53,160 nt of DNA from Rubripirellula sp. (GTDB lineage Bacteria > Planctomycetota > Planctomycetia > Pirellulales > Pirellulaceae): contig JBPCVD010000761.1 of the NCBI GenBank assembly GCA_051010815.1, positions 1 through 53,160 on the forward strand, given 5' to 3'. The translations under genes were made by a program, and so were the position numbers. The number at the start of each line of letters is the position of its first letter. The stretch's first letter is position 1. Below are positions 19,333-29,264 of the stretch, in pieces. Under the pieces are notes generated by a model, which did not search any database, was not told the origin of the DNA, and saw only the letters and a program-made list of their open reading frames with translations.

Positions 19333-20382
19333 CTAACGCTGGTAGATCGGAAGGTAACTTTTATCGAGTTGCAACATGATCAGATTGCACGCGGTCACGT
19401 ACACCGGATGAATCTGACCCTCCCAGAAACCATCCGGGCGTTGTTCGCTCACGATTCGATCGTACAAGCGATCTCGAAACGGTTTCCATAAATCGTCTCC
19501 CTGACGATATACAACCTGACTGTAATACAGGTAGGTGTAGTGCCAGTGCCCGAAGGCACGTGTTCCATCACTGATATCGTGCAGCGAATCTTTCGCGTAC
19601 TTCAGCATCTCGGGAACGTGATCACTGTCATAGTCGCCGGCGTTGTAGAGCGCCGCGAGTGCCGCCGCAGTGATGGCGGGACGACTGCTTCCTTTTTGAC
19701 GGCTGCTGTAACTGATTCCCCCGTCAGGATTTTTGCAACCGTAAATGTACTCTTTGGCATTCTCGATGACCTTCCCACTTACGGGGATGCCAGCGTTTCG
19801 GCAGCCGCGCAAACCTTGGACCTGCGTGATCGTCGTCGAACCCTCGTCGAAGTCGTTGCCCTCGCGCGCGGACACATAACCCCAACCACCGGCTGCGGTC
19901 TGTGCGTTACCGCTAAATTCGACAGCCTTGGTGAGTACATCGACCAACTCTTCTCGACGATCAAGTAAGCCCTCTTCGCCCAAGACTTGGGAAAGCAGCA
20001 GCATCGAGAAGCCATGACCGTAGGTGTATCGCGAGTCGGTTTGTGGATCACCGATCAAACCGTTATCCCGGCTCTTACTGATCAAGTAATCCGACGCTCG
20101 GGCGATCTCCTTTGCGTACGGTCCCTGAGTTGTGGTGCTGCCGCTAGAAATCAGAGCGGTTCCCGCGAGCGCCGCCATCGCCGTCGGATAGACCTGCGTG
20201 TTCCACTGACCGCGGGAGGACTGCGTCCGACTGAGCCAATTCAGCCCCTTGGTAACCGCCTCGCTCCAACGCGAGGTTCGATTCTCGTCCGCAGCCTGTG
20301 CGGAACTCCCCATGGCTCCTGCAGCCGTCAGAATGGTGGCGTTTCGAAGCCAATCGCGGCGTGTCTGTGGTTGTCTCATCAT
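19333..20382 (-). CDS. Tat-exported prenyltransferase/squalene-cyclase-repeat (alpha/alpha barrel) protein
   Basis: TRRDWL twin-arginine leader; QW-like repeats QSSRGQW, QTAAGGW, QRPDGFW; YGHGF. Start placed at MMRQ (20382). Confidence 0.8.
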   Translation of the reverse strand: MMRQPQTRRDWLRNATILTAAGAMGSSAQAADENRTSRWSEAVTKGLNWLSRTQSSRGQWNTQVYPTAMAALAGTALISSGSTTTQGPYAKEIARASDYLISKSRDNGLIGDPQTDSRYTYGHGFSMLLLSQVLGEEGLLDRREELVDVLTKAVEFSGNAQTAAGGWGYVSAREGNDFDEGSTTITQVQGLRGCRNAGIPVSGKVIENAKEYIYGCKNPDGGISYSSRQKGSSRPAITAAALAALYNAGDYDSDHVPEMLKYAKDSLHDISDGTRAFGHWHYTYLYYSQVVYRQGDDLWKPFRDRLYDRIVSEQRPDGFWEGQIHPVYVTACNLIMLQLDKSYLPIYQR

Positions 20383-20504
20383 ATCTTTCACATGCGTCGG
20401 ACCCTGACACGGGCCTGCAGGCAAGCAAACCGATGGCATGTCAGGAGTCGGAACGACTTTCTCGCTGGTCGCATTGTACCGTCCCGTGTCAACGCAAAGA
20501 AACT

Positions 20505-21368
20505 TCAAACCTCGGGCACTGACGGGTGCATTCCACGTTTACGCTGGCAATTCGGGCAAAAAAAGGTGCTTCGCTGTGCCTGGATGATTCGACGAATTTT
20601 GGACGATCGACATCGGGGACACCCCTGATCGGCACGGTCATAGACACGATGGTAGTTCTGATAGCCACCCTCTCCGTTGAGAGCATTTCGGTAGGTGCCA
20701 TCGCTAAGCGTGCTGCCTTCGTGCTCGATGGCGTCTCCTAACACCAATCGCGTTGCCCGAACGATCCGGTGCCACTGGTCACGTGTCAGACGATCGCAAC
20801 GCGTCCGCGGGTCGATTCCGGCCAGGAACAAGATCTCCGCAGCGTACAAATTTCCGATCCCCGCCACAGCAGCCTGATCGAGCAACGCAACCTTGATCTC
20901 TCGCCGGCTCCGGAACAATCGATCTCGAAGTTGGTCCCCACTGATCACAAGCGCGTCGATGCCCAATTTGGATTCAACTTGCCTTTCCAATTCTTTCGCT
21001 GTCAGCAATCGGACAGTTCCAAGACCTCGCCGATCCCAAAACAACAGTTGCCGATTAGGACCTCCGCTAAGAGAAAGCCGCAGTCGAAGGTGTTCCTCTC
21101 CAGGCGGGTCCGCGAGCAGAACCAAACCGGTCATACGCGGTTCGATCACGATCGTTTGTTCATTCTGCAAGTGGATCATCACACGCTTCCCGCGTCGTCC
21201 GATATCCGTGATGGTCTGCTCTCGAACGTTGCGATCAAAAGCGTCGATACGTGGCTGCAACAAGATTGGTCGCAATCGGCAGGGCGGGCGTTCCGCTTTG
21301 AGGATACGGCTGCCAACCACGGGCAACACACCTCGACGCATCGTTTCAACTTCAGGTAGCTCAGGCAA
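20505..21368 (-). CDS. mutM: formamidopyrimidine-DNA glycosylase / AP lyase
   Basis: PELPEVE N-terminus (TTG start), RRGK, LLDQ..VAGIGNLY H2TH motif, C-terminal CPRC...CPNCQ zinc finger. Confidence 0.95.
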   Translation of the reverse strand: MPELPEVETMRRGVLPVVGSRILKAERPPCRLRPILLQPRIDAFDRNVREQTITDIGRRGKRVMIHLQNEQTIVIEPRMTGLVLLADPPGEEHLRLRLSLSGGPNRQLLFWDRRGLGTVRLLTAKELERQVESKLGIDALVISGDQLRDRLFRSRREIKVALLDQAAVAGIGNLYAAEILFLAGIDPRTRCDRLTRDQWHRIVRATRLVLGDAIEHEGSTLSDGTYRNALNGEGGYQNYHRVYDRADQGCPRCRSSKIRRIIQAQRSTFFCPNCQRKRGMHPSVPEV

Positions 21369-21439
21369 TTTTCAGATCCATGCTTCGCGACACAACGAGC
21401 CGAATCCTGGGCGAGGAATCGGACTGCGTAATCCTACAC

Positions 21440-22423
21440 TCAGACAAAGACGAAACCCTCCATCGGGTAACGATCATCACCTGCGACTCGCAGATGATCA
21501 GCGTCGCGGACAGCATTCCATCCACCCACACCAGCTAAGACTGCATCAATCGCGTCGCCGCCAGAGTCTTTCATGATCAAACGTCGTCGATGATCGGAGA
21601 TCGTTGCGCCGACGAATCGGTGACTTTGTTCGCAAGCTTCGGTCGTACCTGGAGATCTTGGACGGAGGGCGCCGAGAATTACTCGCCTCGTCTGTTGATG
21701 AATTTGACTGGGGGCTCGACCGGCGGTCTGCTTGTACCGAGTCGAAGGCAGCTTCGATCGTTTCAAAAAGGAAGCAGGACAGGATTCGACAACCAGACGC
21801 TGAGCTGAGCGAACCTTCTCGTACTGAAACGGTAAAATCGCCGTGCACGCGGACTCCGAGAGGGGAAGGAGAACGTCCCGCATGCCATGAAAGGTCTGGT
21901 AAATGATGCGGTAGTGGTAGCTGTCGAACGGGGTTGCGGTTTCGAGGTCCGTTCGACGTCGCACTCTGCCTGACGAACGCCGGGAAGCGAGCTGAGCGAT
22001 CGTTCGTCCGAATTCGGCGGCCAAGTTCCGGGTGTCGCTCAATGATCTTTCGAAGCTCTGAACCTGCCACAATTGCCCGGTCCAGGACTCTCCTCCAAGT
22101 TCCAGGGGCAAAGCAAACGGGAAGTCCATCGCCCACAAAGTGTGCTGACTGGCAAGAATGCGTTGGACCAGGAACTCGCAGACGAGCTCCCGATTATCCG
22201 ACCCAGCAAGCCTTCCCAACGAACTTAGGCCCGTCAATTGAAGCGCCGAATCGTCGCCGCAGACCTCAAATTCCGCCAGCCACGCCGTTTTCCCCGAATT
22301 TCGGGCGCCGCTGAAGTCGACACCGCAGACGCGTTGGATCGGCGGCAATGGCGGTGGAACGTCATCGGTCGCGTTGACGAGGTCGGTCGAGCTAGTGAGA
22401 ATCGGGTTTGGTGACGTTGGCAC
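21440..22423 (-). CDS. DUF429-like predicted nuclease (RNase H-like fold)
   Basis: GVDFSG, DFPF.LP, RRxTD, VESx[10 protein letters not shown]. Start uncertain (GTG 22423 or ATG 22474). Confidence 0.7.
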   Translation of the reverse strand: MPTSPNPILTSSTDLVNATDDVPPPLPPIQRVCGVDFSGARNSGKTAWLAEFEVCGDDSALQLTGLSSLGRLAGSDNRELVCEFLVQRILASQHTLWAMDFPFALPLELGGESWTGQLWQVQSFERSLSDTRNLAAEFGRTIAQLASRRSSGRVRRRTDLETATPFDSYHYRIIYQTFHGMRDVLLPLSESACTAILPFQYEKVRSAQRLVVESCPASFLKRSKLPSTRYKQTAGRAPSQIHQQTRRVILGALRPRSPGTTEACEQSHRFVGATISDHRRRLIMKDSGGDAIDAVLAGVGGWNAVRDADHLRVAGDDRYPMEGFVFV

Positions 22424-22502
22424 GTGTCTTGCGGTCAGGTTTGTGAGACTGAGGCTTGGTCCCGCTCGCCCCATTGAATTGATTCACCGAGAATTTGCTT
22501 TT

Positions 22503-23726
22503 ATGAGTACCGTACCCGACACGTCGAGTGCCTCGGCAGCTGTCCCTGATGCCCGAGGTCGCTTTGGCGAGTTCGGCGGAAGATTTGTCCCAGAAACGCT
22601 GACTCGAGCGCTCGACCAGCTCTCGAACGAGTACGAGACGGCAAAGAAGGATCCCGAATTTCAAAGAGAACTGAAGGGTCTGCTGAAAACGTTCGTTGGT
22701 CGTCCGAGTCCCCTTTATTTCGCGCGTCGCCTGACCGAGGCAACCGGAGGAGCCCAAATCTGGCTCAAACGCGAGGACCTCAACCACACTGGCGCCCACA
22801 AAATCAATAACACGGTGGGGCAAGCCCTACTCACGTTGCGGATGGGCAAGACGCGTGTGATCGCCGAAACGGGTGCCGGGCAGCATGGCGTTGCCAGCGC
22901 AACGGCCTGTGCTCACTTTGGGTTGCCGTGCACCGTCTACATGGGAAGCGAAGACATCCGGCGGCAGAAACCGAATGTCTTTAGCATGAAGCTTTTGGGC
23001 GCTGAGATATGCCCCGTGGAAAGCGGTTCCAGGACACTTCGTGATGCGGTCAACGAAGCGATGCGGGACTGGATGTCCTCTGTCGAACACACCCACTACA
23101 TCATCGGCAGCGCGATCGGACCTCATCCGTTTCCCATGATGGTTCGCGACTTTCAATCCGTGATTGGAAGCGAAACCCGCGAACAATGTCGTGATTCATT
23201 TGGGAGACTTCCCGACTGCGTCGTGGCTTGCGTTGGCGGCGGAAGCAATGCGGCAGGGATGTTTTATCCGTTTGTGGAAGATGAGGACGTAAAGCTGGTG
23301 GGTGTTGAAGCCGGTGGACGAAGCAGCGAGCCAGGTGATCACGCTTCACCACTTTCGTTTGGTCATCCCGGTGTGCTGCATGGCAGCTACAGCTATGTCA
23401 TGCAAGACGACGACGGCCAAACCTGCGATGTGCACTCGATGAGTGCAGGCCTCGACTACCCCGGTGTAGGCCCGGAACACAGCTATTGGAAAGAGACGGG
23501 TCGTGTCGACTACTCCGACTGCGGCGACCAAGCTGCGATGGGCGCCTTTGACAAGCTCGCTCGGAGTGAAGGGATCATCGCCGCGTTGGAATCGAGTCAC
23601 GCAATCGCCAAAGGCATGGAGGTCGCCGCGTCGATGCCAAGCGATTCGCATCTCGTCATTTGTCTCTCCGGGCGTGGAGACAAGGATGCCATGGAGATTG
23701 CCCGACTTCGTGGTGAATCGTGGTAG
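22503..23726 (+). CDS. trpB: tryptophan synthase beta chain
   Basis: [28 protein letters not shown] (PLP lysine), [35 protein letters not shown]. Confidence 0.97.
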   Translation: MSTVPDTSSASAAVPDARGRFGEFGGRFVPETLTRALDQLSNEYETAKKDPEFQRELKGLLKTFVGRPSPLYFARRLTEATGGAQIWLKREDLNHTGAHKINNTVGQALLTLRMGKTRVIAETGAGQHGVASATACAHFGLPCTVYMGSEDIRRQKPNVFSMKLLGAEICPVESGSRTLRDAVNEAMRDWMSSVEHTHYIIGSAIGPHPFPMMVRDFQSVIGSETREQCRDSFGRLPDCVVACVGGGSNAAGMFYPFVEDEDVKLVGVEAGGRSSEPGDHASPLSFGHPGVLHGSYSYVMQDDDGQTCDVHSMSAGLDYPGVGPEHSYWKETGRVDYSDCGDQAAMGAFDKLARSEGIIAALESSHAIAKGMEVAASMPSDSHLVICLSGRGDKDAMEIARLRGESW

Positions 23727-23807
23727 ACGCATCAGCCAGTTGCTGCATGTCAAGAATTCGCACGGACAACCGAGCCACGATTCGACTTCGAGAAAGATAG
23801 GCGAAAG

Positions 23808-24494
23808 ATGACCAAACTGACTTGGCTCGGACACGGAAGTTGGTTGATTGAAACTCCGGATCATCGAGTACTGCTCGATCCGTTTTTCACGGACAACCCA
23901 TCGGCCAAGGCGTCCCCAAATGATTTCCAGGACGTCAGTCACATCCTGATCTCCCATGGTCATTTTGATCACGTCGCCGACGCGGCTGAGATCGCCAACG
24001 CGAGCGGTGCGACTCTCGTCGCCATCTTCGAGATCGCCCAGTGGTTTGCGTCGAACCACGAGGTTCAAAATACGGTGGGCATGAACATCGGCGGCAACTT
24101 GGAACTGCCCTTCGGTTCGATTCAAATGACGCCCGCTGTTCACAGCAGCCAGCTTCCTGACGGTTCGTACGGCGGAGAGGCTGCTGGATTTGTCCTCACC
24201 ATCGATCGGAAGAGAATCTACTTTGCATGCGATACGGCACTCTTCACCGACATGAAGGTTTACGCTCAAAGTGTCGATGTCGCCGTCCTTCCGATTGGCG
24301 ATCTATTCACAATGGGAATCGAAGACAGCGTGGCTGCCACGCGTTTGATTGAGGCAAGAAAAGTTCTGCCAGCCCACTACGGGACGTGGCCACCCATCGA
24401 ACAGGATGCCCAGCACTGGGCCGATCGGATTCGAAAGGAAACTTCTGCGGAGCCAATCGTGCTCTCCGTCGGCGCATCGATGGAAGTTTCCTGA
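23808..24494 (+). CDS. metal-dependent hydrolase, metallo-beta-lactamase fold (UPF0173-like)
   Basis: WLGHG, IDPF-like LDPFF, SHGHFDH, AVHSS, LPIGDxFTMG, PxHYGTW. Confidence 0.9.
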   Translation: MTKLTWLGHGSWLIETPDHRVLLDPFFTDNPSAKASPNDFQDVSHILISHGHFDHVADAAEIANASGATLVAIFEIAQWFASNHEVQNTVGMNIGGNLELPFGSIQMTPAVHSSQLPDGSYGGEAAGFVLTIDRKRIYFACDTALFTDMKVYAQSVDVAVLPIGDLFTMGIEDSVAATRLIEARKVLPAHYGTWPPIEQDAQHWADRIRKETSAEPIVLSVGASMEVS

Positions 24495-24777
24495 CCCCTC
24501 GATCTAGATCCCGCTCTTTCCCACCCGTTTGTGGGTGTATCGGCCGAAAAACATGGTTTCGACGGTCTACTCCGTCGCTTATCGAGTGGATCACGTGAAG
24601 TTGCTGGCGTTTCAGTAAGGCAGAAGACGCCTTTTTGAGCGGAACCTGTGGGCTCAACGGCGGTTTTCAGTAATAACATCTTCCAAACGCCCTTTTCATC
24701 AATACCCTGCGGCCTGCTTTCGCCGTGGCTCGTGATTCGCCGGCCCACGGTCCTGCAGCGGACCCAATGAGATCAGT

Positions 24778-25476
24778 GTGACACAACTACAAGAAGCCTG
24801 GAAACAACTCGAAGGGACGATCACGACGGACCAGAACATCTCGGCTCTGCGTCTGACCGCGTATCTTTTTTTCGCTGGATTCCTTGCGTTGTACCTCCGA
24901 CTTCTCTATCGCAAGTGCAGCGCGTCGCCGTCTGATACCGAATCATTTTCGCGAGTCTTCCCGCTGCTTGCCATCATCACGACGGCTGTTATCGCCGTGG
25001 TGAAATCTTCCTTGGCGCTGTCGCTGGGGCTGGTCGGTGCGTTGTCGATCGTACGGTTCCGGGCGGCCATCAAGGACCCAGAGGAGCTTGTCTATCTGTT
25101 CCTGTGCATTGCGGTTGGCTTGTCGCTTGGTGCCGAACTGCCCCTCTTGGCGATCGCGCTGGTCGCAGTCGCTACGTGCTTCATCTTGATCATGCATCTT
25201 TCGGTCAACAGTCAACGCCGACATCGACTGTTGCTGACGATCACGGGTGATTCGGATCGCCACTTTTCGTCAGGTGATCATAGCGTCCTGCCGACGGTTG
25301 AAGCGATCGCGGGTAAGTACACGTTGCAGCGGTTCGACGTGGAAGACGGCCGTGGCCAAGTTCGAATCGTCTTGGGTGAATCTAATCCTGAGAAGACCGC
25401 CAACATCGTTGCGGAACTTCGAAAGCGTCTGCCCGATTGCGACCTGTCTTACGTCAATCTCAACTCAACGCTCTAA
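24778..25476 (+). CDS. DUF4956-family membrane protein
   Basis: SSLALSLGLVGALSIVRFRAAIKDPxELxYLF signature, 4-5 TMs and a soluble C-terminal domain. GTG start. Confidence 0.88.
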   Translation: MTQLQEAWKQLEGTITTDQNISALRLTAYLFFAGFLALYLRLLYRKCSASPSDTESFSRVFPLLAIITTAVIAVVKSSLALSLGLVGALSIVRFRAAIKDPEELVYLFLCIAVGLSLGAELPLLAIALVAVATCFILIMHLSVNSQRRHRLLLTITGDSDRHFSSGDHSVLPTVEAIAGKYTLQRFDVEDGRGQVRIVLGESNPEKTANIVAELRKRLPDCDLSYVNLNSTL

Positions 25477-25489
25477 GCTTATCGCTCCA

Positions 25490-26248
25490 GTGATCGCCAA
25501 ACTCCCTCGTCCGTCATTAGCGCCAACGTTCACCGTTGTCGATGCGGAAACGCGTGAGGACTTGGTCAGTCGCCGCGAAGTCAAGTACGCAATCGATCGC
25601 GTCGATGTTGGCAAACTCCGCCGACTCTTGGATGGGAATTGCGAACGTTTAGTTCACAACCACAAAGTCTCGCTGGTGCGAAGCATCTACTTTGATGACG
25701 CACAGCTGTCCGCCTGCCGCGCCAACTTGAATGGACTCAGTGCTCGCCGCAAATTTCGCTTGCGTTGGTATGACTCGTTGCAGCCGCAAAGAGATTTTTT
25801 CTTCGAGATAAAATGGCGCGACAACCGCGTGACTGGAAAGCACCGTTTTCAACTCAGGTCCGAGACGCCGCTTCATGAGATGACTTACGCTCAAATCGTG
25901 CGGCAACTCGAACATCGCACGCCCGAGTACTTGATTCGCGATCTGCTTTTGTACAACGAGCCGATTGTCATCGTCGAATACAAACGCGAACACTTCTCAA
26001 CGGGTGACGGATTGCGAATCACGCTGGACTATGACCTTACCTACTACGACCAAACAGCGAAACGCAGTGTTTCAACTCGGTTTCCGCGGCCGCTAGAGGG
26101 GCTTGTAGTTTTGGAAGGCAAGACGCCGGTGGGGCGGGAGACCGAACTGAGACGCTGGCTACATCCGCTTCAGGCTCGAGCGACACGATGCTCCAAGTAT
26201 GTGCACGGCTGTCGCATCGTTGGCCTCATTCGAGACAGCGAACTGTAG
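25490..26248 (+). CDS. VTC / polyphosphate polymerase domain protein (CYTH-like tunnel fold)
   Basis: RxExKY, SIYFD, RxKFRLRWY, FEIK, YxR, RITLD, VLExK, SKY. GTG 25490 lies 13 bp after the DUF4956 stop. Confidence 0.88.
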   Translation: MIAKLPRPSLAPTFTVVDAETREDLVSRREVKYAIDRVDVGKLRRLLDGNCERLVHNHKVSLVRSIYFDDAQLSACRANLNGLSARRKFRLRWYDSLQPQRDFFFEIKWRDNRVTGKHRFQLRSETPLHEMTYAQIVRQLEHRTPEYLIRDLLLYNEPIVIVEYKREHFSTGDGLRITLDYDLTYYDQTAKRSVSTRFPRPLEGLVVLEGKTPVGRETELRRWLHPLQARATRCSKYVHGCRIVGLIRDSEL

Positions 26249-26289
26249 TCTGTTACGCCAGCAAGTTTAAACGCAAGAGAACGAACCCG

Positions 26290-27834
26290 ATGCATCGAAT
26301 CGCGATTGGATTAGGCGCGCTGCTGCTTTCGGGTAGCTTCCTGGCCGTCGCCCCCCAGTTGCTTTCTCAGTCACCGTCCGAGGGTGATCTCGAAACATCG
26401 GTTGTCAATCTCTTTGGCAATCGAGACCAAGATCAGTCCAGACCACAGGCATTTCGAAGCTACCACGAAAGCGACATGTGGGGTGCAGACGCCACCTTTT
26501 TGCCGTTGAATCCAGGGGTTGCTGTTGGGCGTCTCCGCCTGATCCAACCGGATGAAATACCGAACCGGCGTGACATCGCGGTTTACGACTCTTTGCCCGA
26601 GGAAGTGCCTCCGGTGGCCGGCGTGATCTCGTCTTTTCGCCAAAGGCCCCTGGATCATCTCAACTTGCGTGCCGTGCGGGACGCCGTACCGAATGCGTAC
26701 ATCGCCCAGGCCACGACCGACGAATCCATCAGGCCGCTGATTGGCAGTTGGGTCGCCTACGACGTGACAATGAATGGGTTCGGCATTCGGGAAGCGACAG
26801 CGGAGGAGATCGATGCGCACGTCGCACACGTTCGCCCGATCAGACCACAAGTGCCCTCTCGAGATCTATCACCAAAACGCATTCGAAGGCTCACCGAATG
26901 CAGGTTTGGGGATGCGCCGAGCATCGGGGTAAAGGCCGCAAATATCGCAGCCATGCACGATTTCGGATTTGCGGCGGAAGTCGTCCCAAATGGTTTCGCG
27001 ATTCCGTTTTCGTGCTACGACGAATTCATGAAGCACAACGACCTGTACGACTACGCGAAGCACATCCTCAACAATCCCGCTTTCCGCCGCGACAGAGACG
27101 TTCAGATTTCCGAGCTGAAAAAATTCCGGACGTTGATCAAGAAAGGAAAGATGCCGGATCGCATGATGGAATCACTCGCTGAGCTTCAGCGGTCGTTTCC
27201 GGTCGGCACGTCGATTCGGTGCCGCAGCAGCACAAACAACGAAAACATTCCTGGATTCAGCGGCGCGGGTCTCTACGACTCGTTCACGCATCATCCCGAC
27301 GAAGGACATTTTTCGAAGTCAGTCAAGCAAGTATATGCGAGCCTCTGGAACTTCCGCGCGTTCGATGAGCGTGAACTCTACGGCGTCGATCACTTCGCAT
27401 CGGCCATGGGCGTTCTTGTCCACCCAAACTTTCAAAGCGAACGAGCGGGCGGCATCGCCGTCACGAGCGATATCCTTCACCATACTGACGATTATCACTA
27501 TGTGATCACAGAGCTTGGTGAAGATCCTTCGCAGGAAGCCAATGACGCCGCACCTGAGGAACTGCTATTGAGTTGCCGGGGCATCGGGAAGGATCACCAA
27601 ATACAATATCCCGGGCAGGCAATTCGTCAAAAAACCCTGCTTCCTGAGGCGTCGCGAGAAGAGCTTCGCCAATACCTGGGAACGATTCACCACAAGTTCA
27701 TGCAGCTTTACGGAATCAGTCCCGAGACATCCGACTTCGCAATGGAAATCGAGTTCAAGATCACCAAGGACGGCGAACTTGCGATCAAACAGGCACGCCC
27801 TTGGGTCGCCGCAACCATCAATCCAGCAAGATAG
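26290..27834 (+). CDS. exported PEP/pyruvate-binding (PPDK_N, ATP-grasp) dikinase-like protein with an upstream phospho-His-type domain
   Basis: Hydrophobic signal-like N-terminus; AGVIS...PLDHLNLRA; GVKAAN, VPNGFAIPF, RSSTNNEN.PGFSGAGLYDS, VYASLWN.RA, MGVLV, EIEF, QARP. Confidence 0.82.
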   Translation: MHRIAIGLGALLLSGSFLAVAPQLLSQSPSEGDLETSVVNLFGNRDQDQSRPQAFRSYHESDMWGADATFLPLNPGVAVGRLRLIQPDEIPNRRDIAVYDSLPEEVPPVAGVISSFRQRPLDHLNLRAVRDAVPNAYIAQATTDESIRPLIGSWVAYDVTMNGFGIREATAEEIDAHVAHVRPIRPQVPSRDLSPKRIRRLTECRFGDAPSIGVKAANIAAMHDFGFAAEVVPNGFAIPFSCYDEFMKHNDLYDYAKHILNNPAFRRDRDVQISELKKFRTLIKKGKMPDRMMESLAELQRSFPVGTSIRCRSSTNNENIPGFSGAGLYDSFTHHPDEGHFSKSVKQVYASLWNFRAFDERELYGVDHFASAMGVLVHPNFQSERAGGIAVTSDILHHTDDYHYVITELGEDPSQEANDAAPEELLLSCRGIGKDHQIQYPGQAIRQKTLLPEASREELRQYLGTIHHKFMQLYGISPETSDFAMEIEFKITKDGELAIKQARPWVAATINPAR

Positions 27835-27836
27835 TA

Positions 27837-29264
27837 CTAGACCAAAATGTCTCGGACGACATGAGCCTCTTCAACGCCGGTCAAACGCATATTGAGGCCT
27901 TGAAACTTAACGCTGAATCTCTCGTGGTCGATGCCTAAGAGGTGCAGAATTGTCGCGTGCAGGTCTCGTACGTGCACGGGGTTGTCCACGACCGAGAGCC
28001 CAAGTTCATCTGTCTTGCCATAACAGATTCCCGGCTTCACACCTCCACCAGCCAACCAGAGTGTGTAGGCGTCGATGAAGTGGTCTCGACCCCCGACTTT
28101 GTTATTGCGTGTCTCACCCATCGGAGTGCGTCCAAATTCGCCGCTCCACAACACGAGCGTTTCGTCCAGCAACCCTCTTTGTTCGAGATCTTGAACGAGT
28201 GCTGCAGAGGCTTGATCGACTTGCGAACAACACTTTTCTAAATCTGTGCCAAGCGTCTGTCCGGGCCCCCCGTGATGATCCCAGTCCGTATGGTACAGCT
28301 GGACGAATCTCACACCACGTTCCACCATGCGTCGTGCCAGAAGACAATTGTTTGCGAACGAGGCATCACCCCGTTTTGCCCCGTACAGCTCCATCGTCGA
28401 ATCGGATTCGTCGGAAACGTCCATCAGCTCAGGCGCGCTCGATTGCATTCGGTACGCCATCTCGTACGCAGCGATGCGAGTTTCGATCTCACGATCACCC
28501 GTCGCCGCCAATCGCTGCTGATTCAGCGTCGCAACCGCGTCGTAAAACTCTTGCTCCCTGCGACCGCGAAAACCCTCCGGACTCGTTAAATTCACGATCG
28601 GATCCCCGCTACTGCGAAAGGGGACACCCTGGTGCTTCGAGGGCAAGAAGCCGCTCGACCACAATGCCGCTCCCGCACGAGGGCCTCGGGGTCCGGATTG
28701 CAGCACCACAAAACCGGGAAGGTTGTCACACTCACTGCCGATTCCGTAATTCACCCACGACCCCATACTGGGACGACCCGGCTGCGGCGATCCCGAGTTC
28801 ATGAAAATCTTGGCGGGACCATGGTTAAAAACGTCGGTGTGCATACTGCGCACGAAACAAAGTTTGTCGGCGATTTTTCGGTGATGCGGCAGTAACTCGC
28901 TAATGTCTACGCCTGAATCGCCACACTGCTGAAACTTGCGTTGACTCCCCAACAATTTCGCTTTCTTGCCAAGAAAAGAAAAACGTTTGCCTTCGATGAA
29001 TTCTGCGGGTGTCGCCTTTCCGCTGAACTCATTGAGCTTTGGCTTGTGCGAAAACAACTCGAGTTGACTTGGTCCGCCAGCCATGAACAGGAAGATGACG
29101 TTCTTGGCGCGAGGTGGGTGGTGAAGAACACCGATACGCTCTTCGCTGGCAGTCGCTTCGCGCGCCAGCAAATTCGCTAGCGCAATCGATCCCAAGCCGA
29201 TTCCACAATCTTGGAATAGTTGCCGTCGAGTCGCAGTTCGGCGAGAAAAATCGTCTGTATGCAT
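27837..29264 (-). CDS. DUF1501 domain protein (planctomycete sulfatase-like family)
   Basis: TRRQLF Tat-like leader, FLFMAGGPSQLE, ARRxVERGVRFVQ, WDHH, GEFGRTP, GRDH, VHVRDLHATILH. Confidence 0.92.
   Translation of the reverse strand: MHTDDFSRRTATRRQLFQDCGIGLGSIALANLLAREATASEERIGVLHHPPRAKNVIFLFMAGGPSQLELFSHKPKLNEFSGKATPAEFIEGKRFSFLGKKAKLLGSQRKFQQCGDSGVDISELLPHHRKIADKLCFVRSMHTDVFNHGPAKIFMNSGSPQPGRPSMGSWVNYGIGSECDNLPGFVVLQSGPRGPRAGAALWSSGFLPSKHQGVPFRSSGDPIVNLTSPEGFRGRREQEFYDAVATLNQQRLAATGDREIETRIAAYEMAYRMQSSAPELMDVSDESDSTMELYGAKRGDASFANNCLLARRMVERGVRFVQLYHTDWDHHGGPGQTLGTDLEKCCSQVDQASAALVQDLEQRGLLDETLVLWSGEFGRTPMGETRNNKVGGRDHFIDAYTLWLAGGGVKPGICYGKTDELGLSVVDNPVHVRDLHATILHLLGIDHERFSVKFQGLNMRLTGVEEAHVVRDILV

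Noticed and set aside
22503-23726. trpB without trpA or an attenuator as a novelty
   Set aside because: Dispersed trp genes are common outside enterobacteria, the protein is a canonical TrpB, and no Trp-rich leader peptide was seen.
25247-25489. N-terminal extension of the VTC ORF overlapping DUF4956, a possible frameshift fusion
   Set aside because: DUF4956 has a normal end and stop, an in-frame GTG follows 13 bp later, and the extension looks non-protein-like. No slippery site was noticed.
26290-27834. Calling this gene ppsA/ppdK or rifampicin phosphotransferase
   Set aside because: It has no pyruvate/PEP barrel or rifampicin-binding domain, the domain order is reversed, and it has a signal-like N-terminus.
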